A DNA stretch of 64,000 bases, taken from assembly GCF_033153115.1 (NCBI RefSeq), contig NW_026889757.1, forward strand, positions 6,386,001 to 6,450,000. Reading direction: 5' to 3'. Every line of letters begins with the position of its first letter. The first letter of the stretch is position 1. Source of the stretch: Saccostrea echinata (lineage: Eukaryota). Positions 41,101 through 55,300 of the stretch are shown in pieces. A program made the translations under genes and the position numbers. A model generated the notes under the pieces. It ran no database searches and had not been told where the DNA came from. It saw nothing but the letters and a program-made list of their open reading frames with translations.

Positions 41101-44100
41101 GAATTTTTTTGTAACAAGAACTAAATAGTGTACAATAGTACCTCCAGTTTAATCTCGATTTGTTCACTTCTCCTAAAGGCCCCAGTTGTTGTGTTACAGC
41201 TACTGGACAGACAAACAGACACACCACAGGCAAACTACAAAAAAAAACAACATCAAATAGAAATTAAAGTGTAGTTCATTTTTAAAATCCATTCAGTTTT
41301 AAACGTATCCTTATAATACTAGATTCTCATTTTCCTGTATTAAAAAAAATCAATCAAACAGAATCTAATTCAAAATAAAATTATGAAATCAACAAATCAG
41401 CTCCTGTAAAAGCACATAATTTTATGGGGTCAAAAGTTTGATGTTTGATGGAAAAATATTGGTTTGAGGGATTTGATTTCGTGGTTGGAGAAGTATTGAG
41501 TAGTTATATATATAACAATTTACATTTCCTGGTGGACATGAATTTGGGTGTCTCTACTTACCTCGAAAACAACGAAATTGATACCCCATGAAAGTTAGTG
41601 ATTTCACAGTAACTAAACTGCAAAATCATAGTTGACATAAAAAAATGTTTCAGTCCCTTTTTAAATAGTAGGCAATACCTTTGTGCCAAACTTATGACTG
41701 TGTAGATACGTCTTATTCATGTAAAGTGCCACATTTTCTGTTTGGTTGTTCAGCATTGTTTCTTCCACTACCCGACCATTAATGATCCAGCGAACAGTGT
41801 ATGTAAGGTCCTCTGTTTTATTTACAGTGGGAAACTTGCAAACAAGAGTTGTGTTTTCTCCTTGATGAGCCAGTGTCACTTCAGGATTTGCAGGCAGGAT
41901 TGGATAGTCATTTCCTATAAAATATCATGACATTTAGTTTATAAAGACATTCTTTAAAGCTAAAGTTATGAATACAACTTGACATTAGACAATTTTTTTT
42001 ATATCAGCTTAATGTTATTTTTTAATATTAAAGACATAATTACATGTACTTAATCAAAAAGGAGAAACTGCTAGTTGTTTAAACTCTGAAAATCCAATCA
42101 CTTTAACTTTTTAATTCACTCTCTATTTTTTATTGTGGCAACCACATATTCTCACCTGATTTACATGACCACTCATGATACACATAACCGGGCCACCTGA
42201 TGAAATTAGAGGGTGCCACATCTTGCCGTTGTGACCTGGACAACACACATTTTCCCATCCCAGCCAAATACTCCACAGATTTACACAAGAATGACTTCTC
42301 CATCAAGCAGAGCTGTTTACATCCTGTGGCTGTTAGGACATTGTTTATTGTTTTATCATCATACTTGTCAATGGCGTAACCAGGTTCTTTGATCCAGGTA
42401 ATGCCTCTTTTTCCACATGGATCTGAAGTAAAAATGGCAACATGACTTTGTACTTTTTGACCTACATGTATGCATTTCCTTCACTTTTTGAAAAGAACAA
42501 TTATTTGCAGATTCTAATTACTGACCAAAACAACAAGAACACCCCATCCCACCTTAAATATTCCTAAAAAAGAATTATAGATAAAATGAAATAATTCTCT
42601 TGCATACTAATTATCATCAATTATAAATATAATTAAGTTTCCCTCACCATTATGACACTGCCATTCTCTGTGGAGATTATCAGCTGACTCCTCTAGTGGT
42701 GTAGCTTTAGAGATATAATCAGCAGTCATCAGTGTACAGTTGTTAGTGGAACTGTCTAAATCATAGCTGTGACAAACAGGATTGGTGTAGTAATCCAGAC
42801 AAGCTCGATCACAGCGGCTCAGGTTTCCATCCAAATCCACACTCTCAATCTCAAAGCCTTTATTCAACTTCTTCATGTTGTATACAAACCATTCCAGATC
42901 AAGGAGTTCACAAGAATCTGAAACAAACATAATTTTTACTAATCATTTATGTCATCAAAATTTAGTTCCTGATTAAAAGCTTTGAATCAATGGGAAACCT
43001 GACCAGTGGAGAAGAAGTCACTAAAAAATAACTACTTCATTGGACATGTGTGCAGTAAAATTACTGGTTCCATACCAACAGGCAATTTTTTTTTCTCCAG
43101 CACTTGAATACTTTGAAACAAACTCAGTCCCCTTGAGGATATTCAGAGGCAATAATTGCAATACAGATTGTTATTTCACATCCTCATTTTTGATTCTGAT
43201 AATTATAATGGCATATTACCCTCAGCTTGCTGCCACTCTGTATGGTTGACTTTAGGATCACAGAACTGCCTAGCATTTTGGGGGTTATACTCCCCTGGTT
43301 CATAGCAGTTTCCATCAATCAGACATGCAGTGGTCTGTTAAAAAGAGATTTAAACAAGATGTTTTTGCAAAACAAACTTGTGCATGCTAGTAATTTCTTA
43401 TGAAGGCAAACATATATATTTGTTTTCATTTCATACACTTTTATTACACTGCCCAATCCCATTCACTAAGTTTAAAATTTAAAAAAAAAAAAAAGCTGTC
43501 TAGCCAAAATTAACTACATGTAGCTCCAATTATTCACCTTGATATACAACTTTTTTCATCAATTTCAAGAAAAATTTAATATATAACAGAATATTTACTT
43601 TTCTCTCTCTTATTGCTTTCTTAATAGAGTAGACTATATAAATACATGTACATGTATGTAACTTTGTACAATGCACAAATCTAAAATGATACACAATGTA
43701 ATTTTACTTTCCGTACTTAGAAAATAAAAATATCTGGTGTTATTTAGTGAGTTAAATTCTCTTCCTTCGCATTAAATCTGAAAAAAAGCTTACCTTCTGT
43801 TGACATGTGAGAGTGTTGATGTTGCAATCAAAGCACAGTGAGTCATAGACCAAAAAGTAGGCGGGGCCACTGCTGCCACTTGATTCATTAGCTCCGTTGT
43901 TACCTATTTTCACTTCATAACTTCCAACAGTCGGTGGTTTACATGTCAGTTCATTAAATGTCACATAATTGGCACTAACTGATTTCATGCTTGTTGGATC
44001 TAAGATGAAGCCAGTCTCATTTTGCTGAAAACAATAAAAAGACCAATGACATTAACACATTAATGCATTTACAACAGGTACAATACATTCCATCATATTT

Positions 44101-47100
44101 ACATTTTATTGATGCTTCAGGTACATGTAAATAAAAAATCATCAAAAACTCTTTTATTGTCTAATTCCTAAGTTGATACATGTATGAGGATTGTGAAACT
44201 TCAGATATGACTTGGTTTTGGGACAAAATATATTGACTTGCTACTATATCAAAAGATACCATTTTCCCCAACATTACAAAGGTATCACTATAAATGTACA
44301 GCAAATTCTGTAGATTATTTAACACTTTCAACTAATCTTGCTATTTTAGTTCCTACATTTTTTTCTATTAAATTCTGTTACATTGGAGAAGGATAGCAGT
44401 TTACTTTTTCTGCCATTTGATACCATGTGACATTCTGTAGAAAATACATGGAAATATTTATGTAATTTTCAAAATGAAGAACTATTTCTACTTATGACTG
44501 GAATGAAGTATACCTCTAGTTTTGTGAACTGACAGTTCAGCAATGGGCTGTTTTCAGTGTTGTTATTGTAGATGGTAATAAGATCACAGGGACTGGTCCT
44601 CAGGTCACACAGGCCATTGCCACCGAGATAAAACAAATTAGGAGCGGTAAATCTCTCCACAAAGCAGTCCAAGCCAGCTCTGTCAGCCTGGCATTTACAT
44701 GTTCCTAAAAATTACAAATACTCTTTAATACTTACTCCTTAAGATACATGTACAATTGAGTGCGTAATACTGCAGCTTGGAAAAAATCATTTTTTATCTG
44801 ATTTCATTTTTTTTTTGGTTGTTGTTCTCTTGAAGCCACAATCTTTACACAAAATTATCAGTCCTTAATACTGCTTAATAACTTGTTTCTTCACATATTT
44901 CAAATAAAAATAAATGTGTAAACTCTACAATTGTAAGACTTCAACAATAATTTATAATCACTAAGTAGCAACCACATACCAGCTAAGAGCCACTTACATC
45001 AATTGTAAATTTCATACAGATGAATTTCAAGGAGAGAACTTACTATTTTCACAGGTGCCTGCACCTCCACATTCTGCTAAGCAAAGCTGAGACATTACAT
45101 TGTCAGGTGGTGCAGGATTTATCTCCCCTGCAGATGTGGTCCAGAGACTAACATTGTACATCAAATGTACCTCACACATCTCCTTAATGTTCTCTACAGC
45201 TGTAAAACCCCAACGACTGTCATCTGTTATCTACAATAAAAAATTAATTTGAGTAAAAGTTCTCCAATATCAAAACTATGGTTAAAGAGAATATAATTTA
45301 GTAATAAATATCTTCACTATGTACTTCATGCGTGTATACCCCATAACTAAAGCATATGTAAAACTGAATAAAGGTAAATTATTCATTTCACAAACAATAA
45401 ATTTAACCTTTTTGCCATACATTTGATTAGACATAAGTATTGCTAAACTTAAGAAATTAAATCTTGTCGCCATACAATTGATTAGACATAAGTTTTGTTA
45501 CACTTAAGAAATTTCTAACTTCTAATCATAACCACAAATGTTTAAAAAATATTGGAGACATTACTTTAAAATTCAAAACTCAGTAAGATTCAAAATCTAA
45601 GAAGGAAACATTCAAAGTCATGGTCACATGTAAATACTGCATTTGTCATGTCTTTTGAGCCATATTACCTGGATATCCTCCACACAGTTTTCAGTTGCTG
45701 CCTCATCGTCCACTCCTGGGATATTTTTACATGTCATGGCTGCATTTGAATTTTGAATATAGATGACCTGGCATAAACCCCTGGCTTGACTCTCTTTAAG
45801 TCCACTCTTTGTAGGCCAAGTCAACACCTTTAAGCAAACCAGGTAGTTCTCCATCATATTTTATACACAAGTCTGATACTTTACATAGTTTACATATCTC
45901 TAAATGTAATCTATAAACCAAAAAAAATAAAATAGATAGAATAACTACTAACCAAAGGTATATCATTGGCTGTGTACTCAAAATCTGGGTATTGATAAGT
46001 TGACTGGGCAAGCTCTCTGTTACATTTGGTAGGGAACAGAGACCGTAACAGCAGAGAATTAGTGNNNNNNNNNNNNNNNNNNNNNNNNNNNNNNNNNNNN
46101 NNNNNNNNNNNNNNNNNNNNNNNNNNNNNNNNNNNNNNNNNNNNNNNNNNNNNNNNNNNNNNNNNNNNNNNNNNNNNNNNNNNNNNNNNNNNNNNNNNNN
46201 NNNNGGCTGAATAAAATACGCACTTTTTTCCCAAAATAATTTTCTGTGAGAAAGGGGTGCGTATTTTACACCACAATGGGATTTTGATAGGTTTTTCTTT
46301 CATGTGAAACACGGCTATCATACGCACATACCGTAGTATTACCTAGAGACTTATGCAATTTCCTGCTGTTTATCGCCGTATTTAAAACTTCGGAAAGTTA
46401 TTGTTGAAATGTAGGCTCATTAAAAATGTAATATTTATAACCTTTTGATAGTTAAATTAAATTTAAAAGCAAGTTAAAATTAATTTTGAGCTGCATGTTC
46501 ATCGTTTCCATGTAGGCCGCCATTAACGATGTTATTTATAGATGTTCACACATTCCTTTGCCACGTGCTTCCGTAATCATAATACACATGTACCTAATCA
46601 GTCAGACACCGGTCAAAAAAGTAATAAGTCATTTTTTAATGAAATACAATAAAATAAAATTATTTTAGGGTTTAAATAACTCAGTGAAAATTCATTTCAA
46701 CATAAACACCCCTCTATACGTCCCAATGAATGGAAGCCAATGTTGTGAACACGTGCGCTTGTCACTTGATAATTACCCCTCAACACCCCTCCAGGCAATT
46801 AAATTGTTTACCAACTCCAAAGCATTGTTTTTACAGTTAGAGTACTGATTATTTACTGCCCTTATTAATGGCCTTGATTATTTTCTTTGTTAAAAATCGG
46901 GGGTTGGTTTATGATCTTTCGTATGTGATTACGACACATTAAACAGTTAAACGCTTGTTAAATGTAATTTTACTTTATCTTATATCGGCATCGTGTTAAA
47001 ATAATTGAGAGTTAAGAAAGGAAATATGAAGTATGTTGAAACTTAAGTGTTATCATTTACTCGTGCTCTGTAGAAAATAAGATATCCACGAAGATAACCT

Positions 47101-49299
47101 CGATGTATGAAGACATATATATCCCACCTTTGTACATCATTTTTCACAGCTTTGGAGGTGTGTTGATAACTTTACACGCTTGTTAAATTTGATTTTATTT
47201 TTATAACATCAGCTATTTATTTAATTAATTAATTTCAAGTTCAAAAGAGGAAAATCGTAGTCTATGAATACTTTGATGTTGCAATATCGCTTGCCCTGTT
47301 AAATTTACGTAATTTTCAACATGATTACCTTAAACTAAAAATAAATATGACAACTGTTAAACTTGCAACAATATCTCGTGCTTTGTTGAAATAAAATTAC
47401 ATTTGTATTTCTACAAAGAAAAGTTAGAATACGGCGACGTATAGTTTCAATATCACCGTATGCTAAAAAAAATAATAATAAACTCTGTTAATACTTTAAT
47501 GCAACATTATCTCATGCTTTGTTAAAATAAATAATTTCTCCAGATTGCCGCGATATTGGAAAGTCAAGATTAAGAAATAAAAACGCATTTGAATAAAATA
47601 TCGTGTTCTGTAAATTTTCGGGACTTTATCTCCGCGCCGATTTTGATAGCAAATTACCGCGATTTTCAGAAGTTCAGAACACCGCTTGGTAAAATTTTCT
47701 GCTGCGTATAATACAACCGAACTGCGTTTTTTCCCCCAGTTTCAGGCTCAAAAAGGGGGGTGCGTATTTTACACCAATGCGTATTATATTCGGCCAAATA
47801 CGGTACATAAAAAAAAAATTTACTGAATATCATGCTCTAATCTCATTTTTAGGTCAATTTCTTTAGCAAAAAGTCTTAATATTTGTATGAACGCTCAATA
47901 GTGTAAACCATTTCAGTAGTATTTCTTATATTAAGCTTTGCTAGTTCAAAAGACACATACCTCATCTTATCACACCTTAACATCTAATGTTTGGAAAAAG
48001 CACAAACCTTCAAATTCAATTGGACAAGAAGTGACATCATTTCCAGGTGCACAGTCATTGGACTGATCACAAAAGCAGTAAGATTCCTGGGTGGTTTGAA
48101 CTTCCTCATTTGCAGTTCTCACTGTTGGACAAACTCCTGTATAAATAGTTCTCTTGGGATCCACCCTAAATTTGACATTAACATGGGTAAAAATAGAGGG
48201 CACTCAAAAATCATAATCATCAACCTTTCTAGCAACAACTTACGTGTATATGTATCAAAGCTCTAGTAAGAAAACAAAACTGGGAAATTTATAGTTTTGA
48301 AACTTACTAAACCCAGTGACAATAAATGGTAAAGACAATTTTGCAAGAATACTTGAAAAATTGGGGGAAAAAATACCTCCAACTTAATGCAAATCCATGT
48401 GCTTGTTTAGAAGTTTCCATGGAAATTGTTCCATTTGGCATGGTTAGATCATCATCTTTGTTGTCATTAAATGTGCCACAAAGTCCTAAAACCAGAAAAA
48501 AGTTTTTACATAATAATTATTATAGAAATGCATTATAGTCAAATACATGTATGAAAAAGAACTGTCCAGCTTTGTAAAATGGTGTTATAAACCTGCAATA
48601 TCAAGAGTAAATTAGAAATATGATAAGAGTCCTTACCTTCTGTTTTGTTGTAATCAGCAGCTGAAGCTTTGAGCCAGACATTAAGAAAGTTCTGTCCCCT
48701 GATCACGCTGCGTTTGATGTTCACTGTAGTACCAGTTGGCAGGATTGCCTATATTAATGTAAATTTGCTAGTCTTTGCACTGATAGATTCCATTGTTCTT
48801 TTCATAAAATTCAAGAATGTAGAAGACCTGTCATGCACAACTATAAAACCTCAATTTTCACATCATTATTGTGTTTATTTCCAATCAAAAGCTATTAAAC
48901 CCCCCTCTTCAAAATAGATTAATTTTAATGAAAGATCAAGTTTCTTGTTATTTCATTTTGCGGTTCAAATGGCAAACTTTGACATACCTTAATTTTACGT
49001 CCTTCATAATAACTGTAGATCTTGAAACCTGGTGTTAAGATCCCATTTCTGAAAAGCTTGATTGTTATTGGATAAAATCCCCCAGTGCTAGATTCTGTTG
49101 GGCCACATTTATCGACCAATAAGACATCATCATCTGCCTTCACTGCCACGGCACAGTTACAGGAAGCTCGGCCATTACAACTCCTATAGAATGTGTGGAC
49201 GGAATATGGAAGTGTCTTGTGTCGATACAAGACAAATTCTCCCTCAAAGAAGTTGTTGATATATCTGAAATTAGATGAATGATATGTTATATTCTCTAT

Positions 49300-49361
<62 letters not shown>

Positions 49362-52300
49362 TAGATGAATGCTATATTTTTTGAAACTTAATGCTAGGGC
49401 TGGAACGATTTACCGAAATATTGATAGTGTTCAATATTATTGCTCGGTTCAATGTTCAATTCACTACCTAGATTTTCGGTTCAGTACTTTTTTTCATAAT
49501 CGGGTTAAGTTTCATCTTGAAATAGATCGGGTTCGACCTCATTTTAATAGTTTGACACACGATGGAGAAAGTTTCAGAGCAGGCTGCCACTGCTAGTATT
49601 GACACAAACAAAGTGCTCTTTTAATCTACAGAAACTCAAGTAGTGTTCTTTCTTGTATCACCCTCTTTAACTTGCCTTTTGAAATCTGAATGCATGTTTT
49701 CTTTAACCTTATGATTTGTTTCTTTTTTTTAAAATGTATCATATTGAAAAAATTGAATTGTGACACAAGTATCGCGATACGTACTGTATCGTTGAGGGGG
49801 TGTATTGTTTCAGCCCTACTTAATGCTCTAGTACATGATATTGTGAAGTTATGTACATGTGTTGCCAACAGATGCATTAAAAACAAATTTTCCTGTGTAT
49901 TTGCTCTATCATGTATTATGTATTTTATGTACCCTTGTTGTTTTTGTTAGTGTACAATAAGCTTCAACCTAAGTTATTAAATTAAACTCTACTTTTTTTT
50001 TTTTATAGGAAATACCCTACCTTATATCAAATGTGGTGATGTGAGGATCATTTACAGATATACACAGGGCCCTCCTGTCTCTATCCAATACATTAACCTA
50101 CAATCATACAGACAATTTTATCAGAAAGTGAATAGAAATGAGACAATAACCCTTAAACACAATTAACCTTCAAATCTTACACCTATCATTTGCTTATATT
50201 TTTTAGCAATCTAACATGTATTTGTAGTTTATAAACAAACCTTAACATCCTTTTTAGTGACATTTTCCCTCTCTGCTTTATCATTCACCAGATAATCAGC
50301 CATCAATGTCATCTGTCTAACATGATCCCCATCATACTTGTTGTCTGTTGTTGCCTTTAGTTGTACACTATAATGAGCCTGCATCCAGTTGTCATTGGTT
50401 ATCTTCATTGAACAAACTGGAGTCTTCTGGTCTGCAGACTGCACAATAAAAATATGATATATGATATATCAGTTACAAATAGAGTTAACAATAAGAAGTC
50501 TTCCAATCAAAAGCTCCAATTTTTTTAAAAGTAAATTCAGAGTATATACATGTATTTGTATAATACATTAAACTACAATTTCTCCAACTTATCATGTTTA
50601 ATATCTTCCATGACTGTCCGGATATTAAATGTTCCAAGTCTGTTAATGAGTTTGTTAGTAAAGGAGTCCAAGGCTCGTCTGAACAAAAGTAACAGCTGAT
50701 TAGTTTTTCCCACTCTACCTTAAGATACATGCTGACAGCCAACTGTTTGATAATTTTTCCTCCTGGACACTTCAGCTCACTGTTATCCAGTGGAGTCTTG
50801 GTGCTCAATCTTATACTACAGTTATCAGGGGCACTCAGTGATTGATCTCTACAAAGGACATATGGGGGAGCTGTGGGGGTGATCTCGTACATTTCTGGGT
50901 CTGCTCCCTCTGGGAGGTCAATGTTGTCTCTGCCTACGATCTGTAACAAAATAAAAATGTATTCATACTGATGTAAAAGAAAATTTCATTCAACATCACT
51001 TACTGCAACTTGTTCAAAATAACTGATTTTTAGTACATGCAATTCATTCTCAAAACTTCTGCAAGGCTTAGTAGCATGCAATATGACCTAAATAAAAAAA
51101 ACATCAAATTTTACCAAGCACAGTATTTGAAATTTGACATGAAGAAAACTATTTTAAGGAATGTCTATCTCTCTCTTCTTCTACTAATCTAGGAGGTATC
51201 ATAAACAAATTTGAGATTAAATATACAGATGGACAAAGAGATACAAATTAATATCTTCCTTTTTTAATGAAAGGGATTTAAACAAGAACCAGTGGTAACA
51301 ACTCTGAATCTTCACAATTCTATCCACTTTTTTGCGTTTTTAATTCACAAAAACTTACTTGCAGTGTAGCCACATACTCTTTGGAGGTGAATAGTTTCCC
51401 TCTGGAGTCACACGAACCATTGTAACAAGCACTCACCGAGCACAAAATCTGAAGGAGTATCCAAAGAACAACTTATGCTCATGCCTTATATACACATATC
51501 CTAGTTTTCTGGAGATTGCATGATCTTATTTTCCCAAGACAATCGTCACCCAAAATAGATACCATATAGTGGAAATTTTAAGCATGGTGCCAATTTTGTC
51601 TTATTTAATGGTTTGGTAGAAGCCTACTAAAATTTTAATCACTAAATTTGCACTCTTGCATGTACATGTAAGTACTGACCACAAGCAAAAATAACTTTCA
51701 CCTGGCTGTTTACAATTGTAAACATGTACTCTCTGAAATCCAGTGCAAATTGGTATTCAAATGTAAAAACGTACCATAGACTCATCTGAAAGATATATCT
51801 ACATATCTACAGTACCTTACGCAGTCTTTTATTAAGTGGTACCAAATTATTTTACTGGATTGCAACTTCATGGAATCCAGCCAAAAAAATTTCTGTCAAA
51901 GTTATTGGCATTCCTTTGAGCTAGCAAAAAGCTAAAATTTTACACCCTCTAAAGAAACCCACTATACGGCAATTTTTTCATTTCCTCCATATGATATTAA
52001 GCACTTTCAAAACATTCATGAATACTTTATTTTTTATATCTGAACATCTTCACAATGTCAATATTTTGTGTTTATCATTCCTCTCTGTTCCTTTGTGTAG
52101 AGGAACTAAATCACAAAACCTTGACATTGTGAAGATGACATCTAAACAACCTTTAGAAATAATACATCAATAAAGTTCTCACAACTACAACTAAAGACTG
52201 ATTGACAGTAAAATAATTGTCAAAAAGAACATTTTTTTAAATTAACATTTGGATGAATTTAAATGCATGATTAATTTGACTTACTTTTGTTCCATCTTTA

Positions 52301-55300
52301 ATGCTGTTAGCCAGCTGTGAGGGAAGTTTTTGATCTGTGACATTAGTATCTTCATACAAATATTTCCCATCAACCCTCCAAAGGATGTAATAATTAACTT
52401 CCCTGGCATCATTTAGTTTATTAAATTCACAAATGACCTCATCCTGACCTGAACCTGAGTATATGGGTTTAACTTCAGCATTCATAACAGTTGGTCCTAT
52501 TTCTTTCTCTGAAATTTAAAACATATGGAAGTCAGCTCTTGAAATTGCACCCATACAGCAGACTTAATACACCCAACTTTTGTCTAGAGAGAGAGGTTGT
52601 GTGCATTTTACCTAAGACAAAAAAATGAAACCCCTTTTCAAGAGCTAAACATCCTATAATGTCCAAAAAAGATTTAATATATACTTCCTTTGATGTAGAT
52701 CATACCAATAAAAGGAGAAAACTTACTTTTTTCATTTTTGGGGTGTACATTATACAGTATATAATATATGTTCAAAAGTATGGATTCCAATATTAGGGAT
52801 GCATACATGCAACTTATGATATTTACTATATTTTAACCAGTAAGTTCTTTTAAAATTCTGATACTGAAATACAATTAGCAGGAAAAATTTTGGCAAACAA
52901 TCCTCTATCACAATATAAAAGATTTCATAATAATGATGTCCCAATTTTACAGACATTTCACCAAGTTTGTGATAATTTTGTACAACTTTTTGTTTAAACA
53001 AAGTCAAATATCTTTCCTGATTAAAAAATGAATAAACATCTAAGAAAATGTGAGTTATTCTTTGTCACGTTTAATATTTTATAAAGCTCTAACCTTCTTC
53101 ACATGTAAATGAGTGATATTCCCAACCAGGGTAGCTTTGATAAGTTCCTGTAGCCATGTCAATTCTTCGTGCTCCATCAGAGAGAGTACATATCCCCCTC
53201 TCCGGGGAGAATTTAATGGCTCTACACATTGGTTCACGTTCACATAGTCCACGGCAGTCCTCATACCTCCATACATCATACAGGATATCAAGGTCCTTGT
53301 CAGCAGTGAAATAACCTTCATATTTAGAATCACGATTCCATTCAATCTTCTTGGATGGGCATGGATCTGAAAACATTGCAAATTATTATAATCATAGCTA
53401 GGGACTAATTTTCATTATCATTTAGTATGAGATTCAATGCAAAATTAACTTTTATCTTGCACAAATACACAAAAATTTGTTTTTTTCTTTTCCTTCCTAC
53501 CTTTTGTACAATACCAGTGACTGTAAGTCCACCCTTCACTGAAATCTCCCTGCAGTAAATAGCTCTCAGCTTCGCGGACCTGAATACGAGACAACTGGCA
53601 ATCTTTTGTTTCAGCATTGTACTCTACAGACTGACATCTAAACTCCTTCTCAGTCACACATTCATTGCGACAGTCATCTAGATTAGCAATGTTTGAGATG
53701 ATTTTATCGTTGTGAAAAACCAGAGTTGTTGAATTCATCTCTATCCATTGCATCATGGAGAAGGGACACAGGCCTGCAGATAATAAATTCATCATAAAGA
53801 AAGCTCAAAACAATATTCAAAACATTAAAAAGGACAAGTATCAACATATTCAAGAACAATAAATAAAAGCAAGCTTTGTACATGTAACTATGGTAAAACA
53901 TCCAAATCTGTAAAAATTTTCATTCTTAATTTTGTGCACACAACAATACTGGATGGATAATTAAAATGGCCTTACTTGTCCTGTTAGACCATTCTGTTTG
54001 ACTTTTTTGTGGGTCACACACTTGGGAGGGGTCCTTAGCATTTTCTGTCATGTTCAGGTAACACACTCCATCAATCACACATACATCATCCTACAGAGGA
54101 ATCACAGTATTCATGGATTTCTCAACAGCAAGAAATGTCAATACAGTTCCCAACAAGAATTAATGCAAAAATTCTAGCTTTAGTGATTAATTCATTTTTA
54201 AACCAAATCACTGAATATGTGTTTTAAAAGTTCAAAAAAAATACCCTAGTAAATTCAACACTTAACTCCTTGAAGACTTCCTAATATTCATGTAAAGAAG
54301 TAATTTTTCCTCCTCTCATTTAGAAAAAAAAATCCAAAATAGTCTAACCTTCATGAAGCAAAATTCGGATTTGGCAGAACAGTTGTAGCAGGCTGGGTTG
54401 TGAGGCAACCACAACAAAGGATTGGATTTAATGGTGGAGGTGTTGACATTGCTGACATATAAAAGGTAAGGTTCTGAAGTTGGCAAAAAACATGCCAACT
54501 GAGTGGCACCAGTATATCTGGAAGTTATAGGGACTTCTTCCAAAGCACCACTTTTGTTGTACCCTCCTTGGTTTGGTGAAGAAAACAACTGGAAGATGGG
54601 CAAATATAACAATTTTTTTTCAATTTCTGAAAATTTTACTTATTCACATTTCACTTTAATTTCAATGACTCAAATAAAAGCAGTAAATAAACTGTCATTA
54701 ATGTAAAAAGAAAAAAAAATCTGTTGCGTTATCTCCTGTTCTTTGCACAAAAAACACATTTAACATGCATCAAATAAAATATGTTCTTACTTTCACTGGT
54801 TCAGCATAGCAGGTAAGTTGTGGACTGTTAACAAATGTGTCCCCATAAACAAACACATGTCTACAGCTGGACATTAGAGTGTTACAGATTCCCTCATTGG
54901 GGAGGAAGGTCAGAGTGGGAGGGACTGTCTTGTTCACTTTACAATTGTAGCCAATAAAATCCTCATTACACCGACATTCTCCTGAAAAATAATAGAAATC
55001 CAAGTTTTACCTCAAGTTACCTGAGATGAAGTTACCAACAGTCTTAAACTGTATTTCATAAACATTTCTATTAATCAATTCTATCAATTTCTTTCATATA
55101 ATAAGTTCTACTTATGAAAATCTGCTTGATGAGCTTAAATTTACACAACTTTATTGAGAATTCAAAAAAGTACAGTCAAATCAATACCATTAACACATTG
55201 CCCATTATTATAACAGTTATCTGGACAGAGGCCCGACTGCACATCAGACACGACCACCCCCACACTGTAGTTTCTGTCTAGCTGGTATACACAGTCCTCC

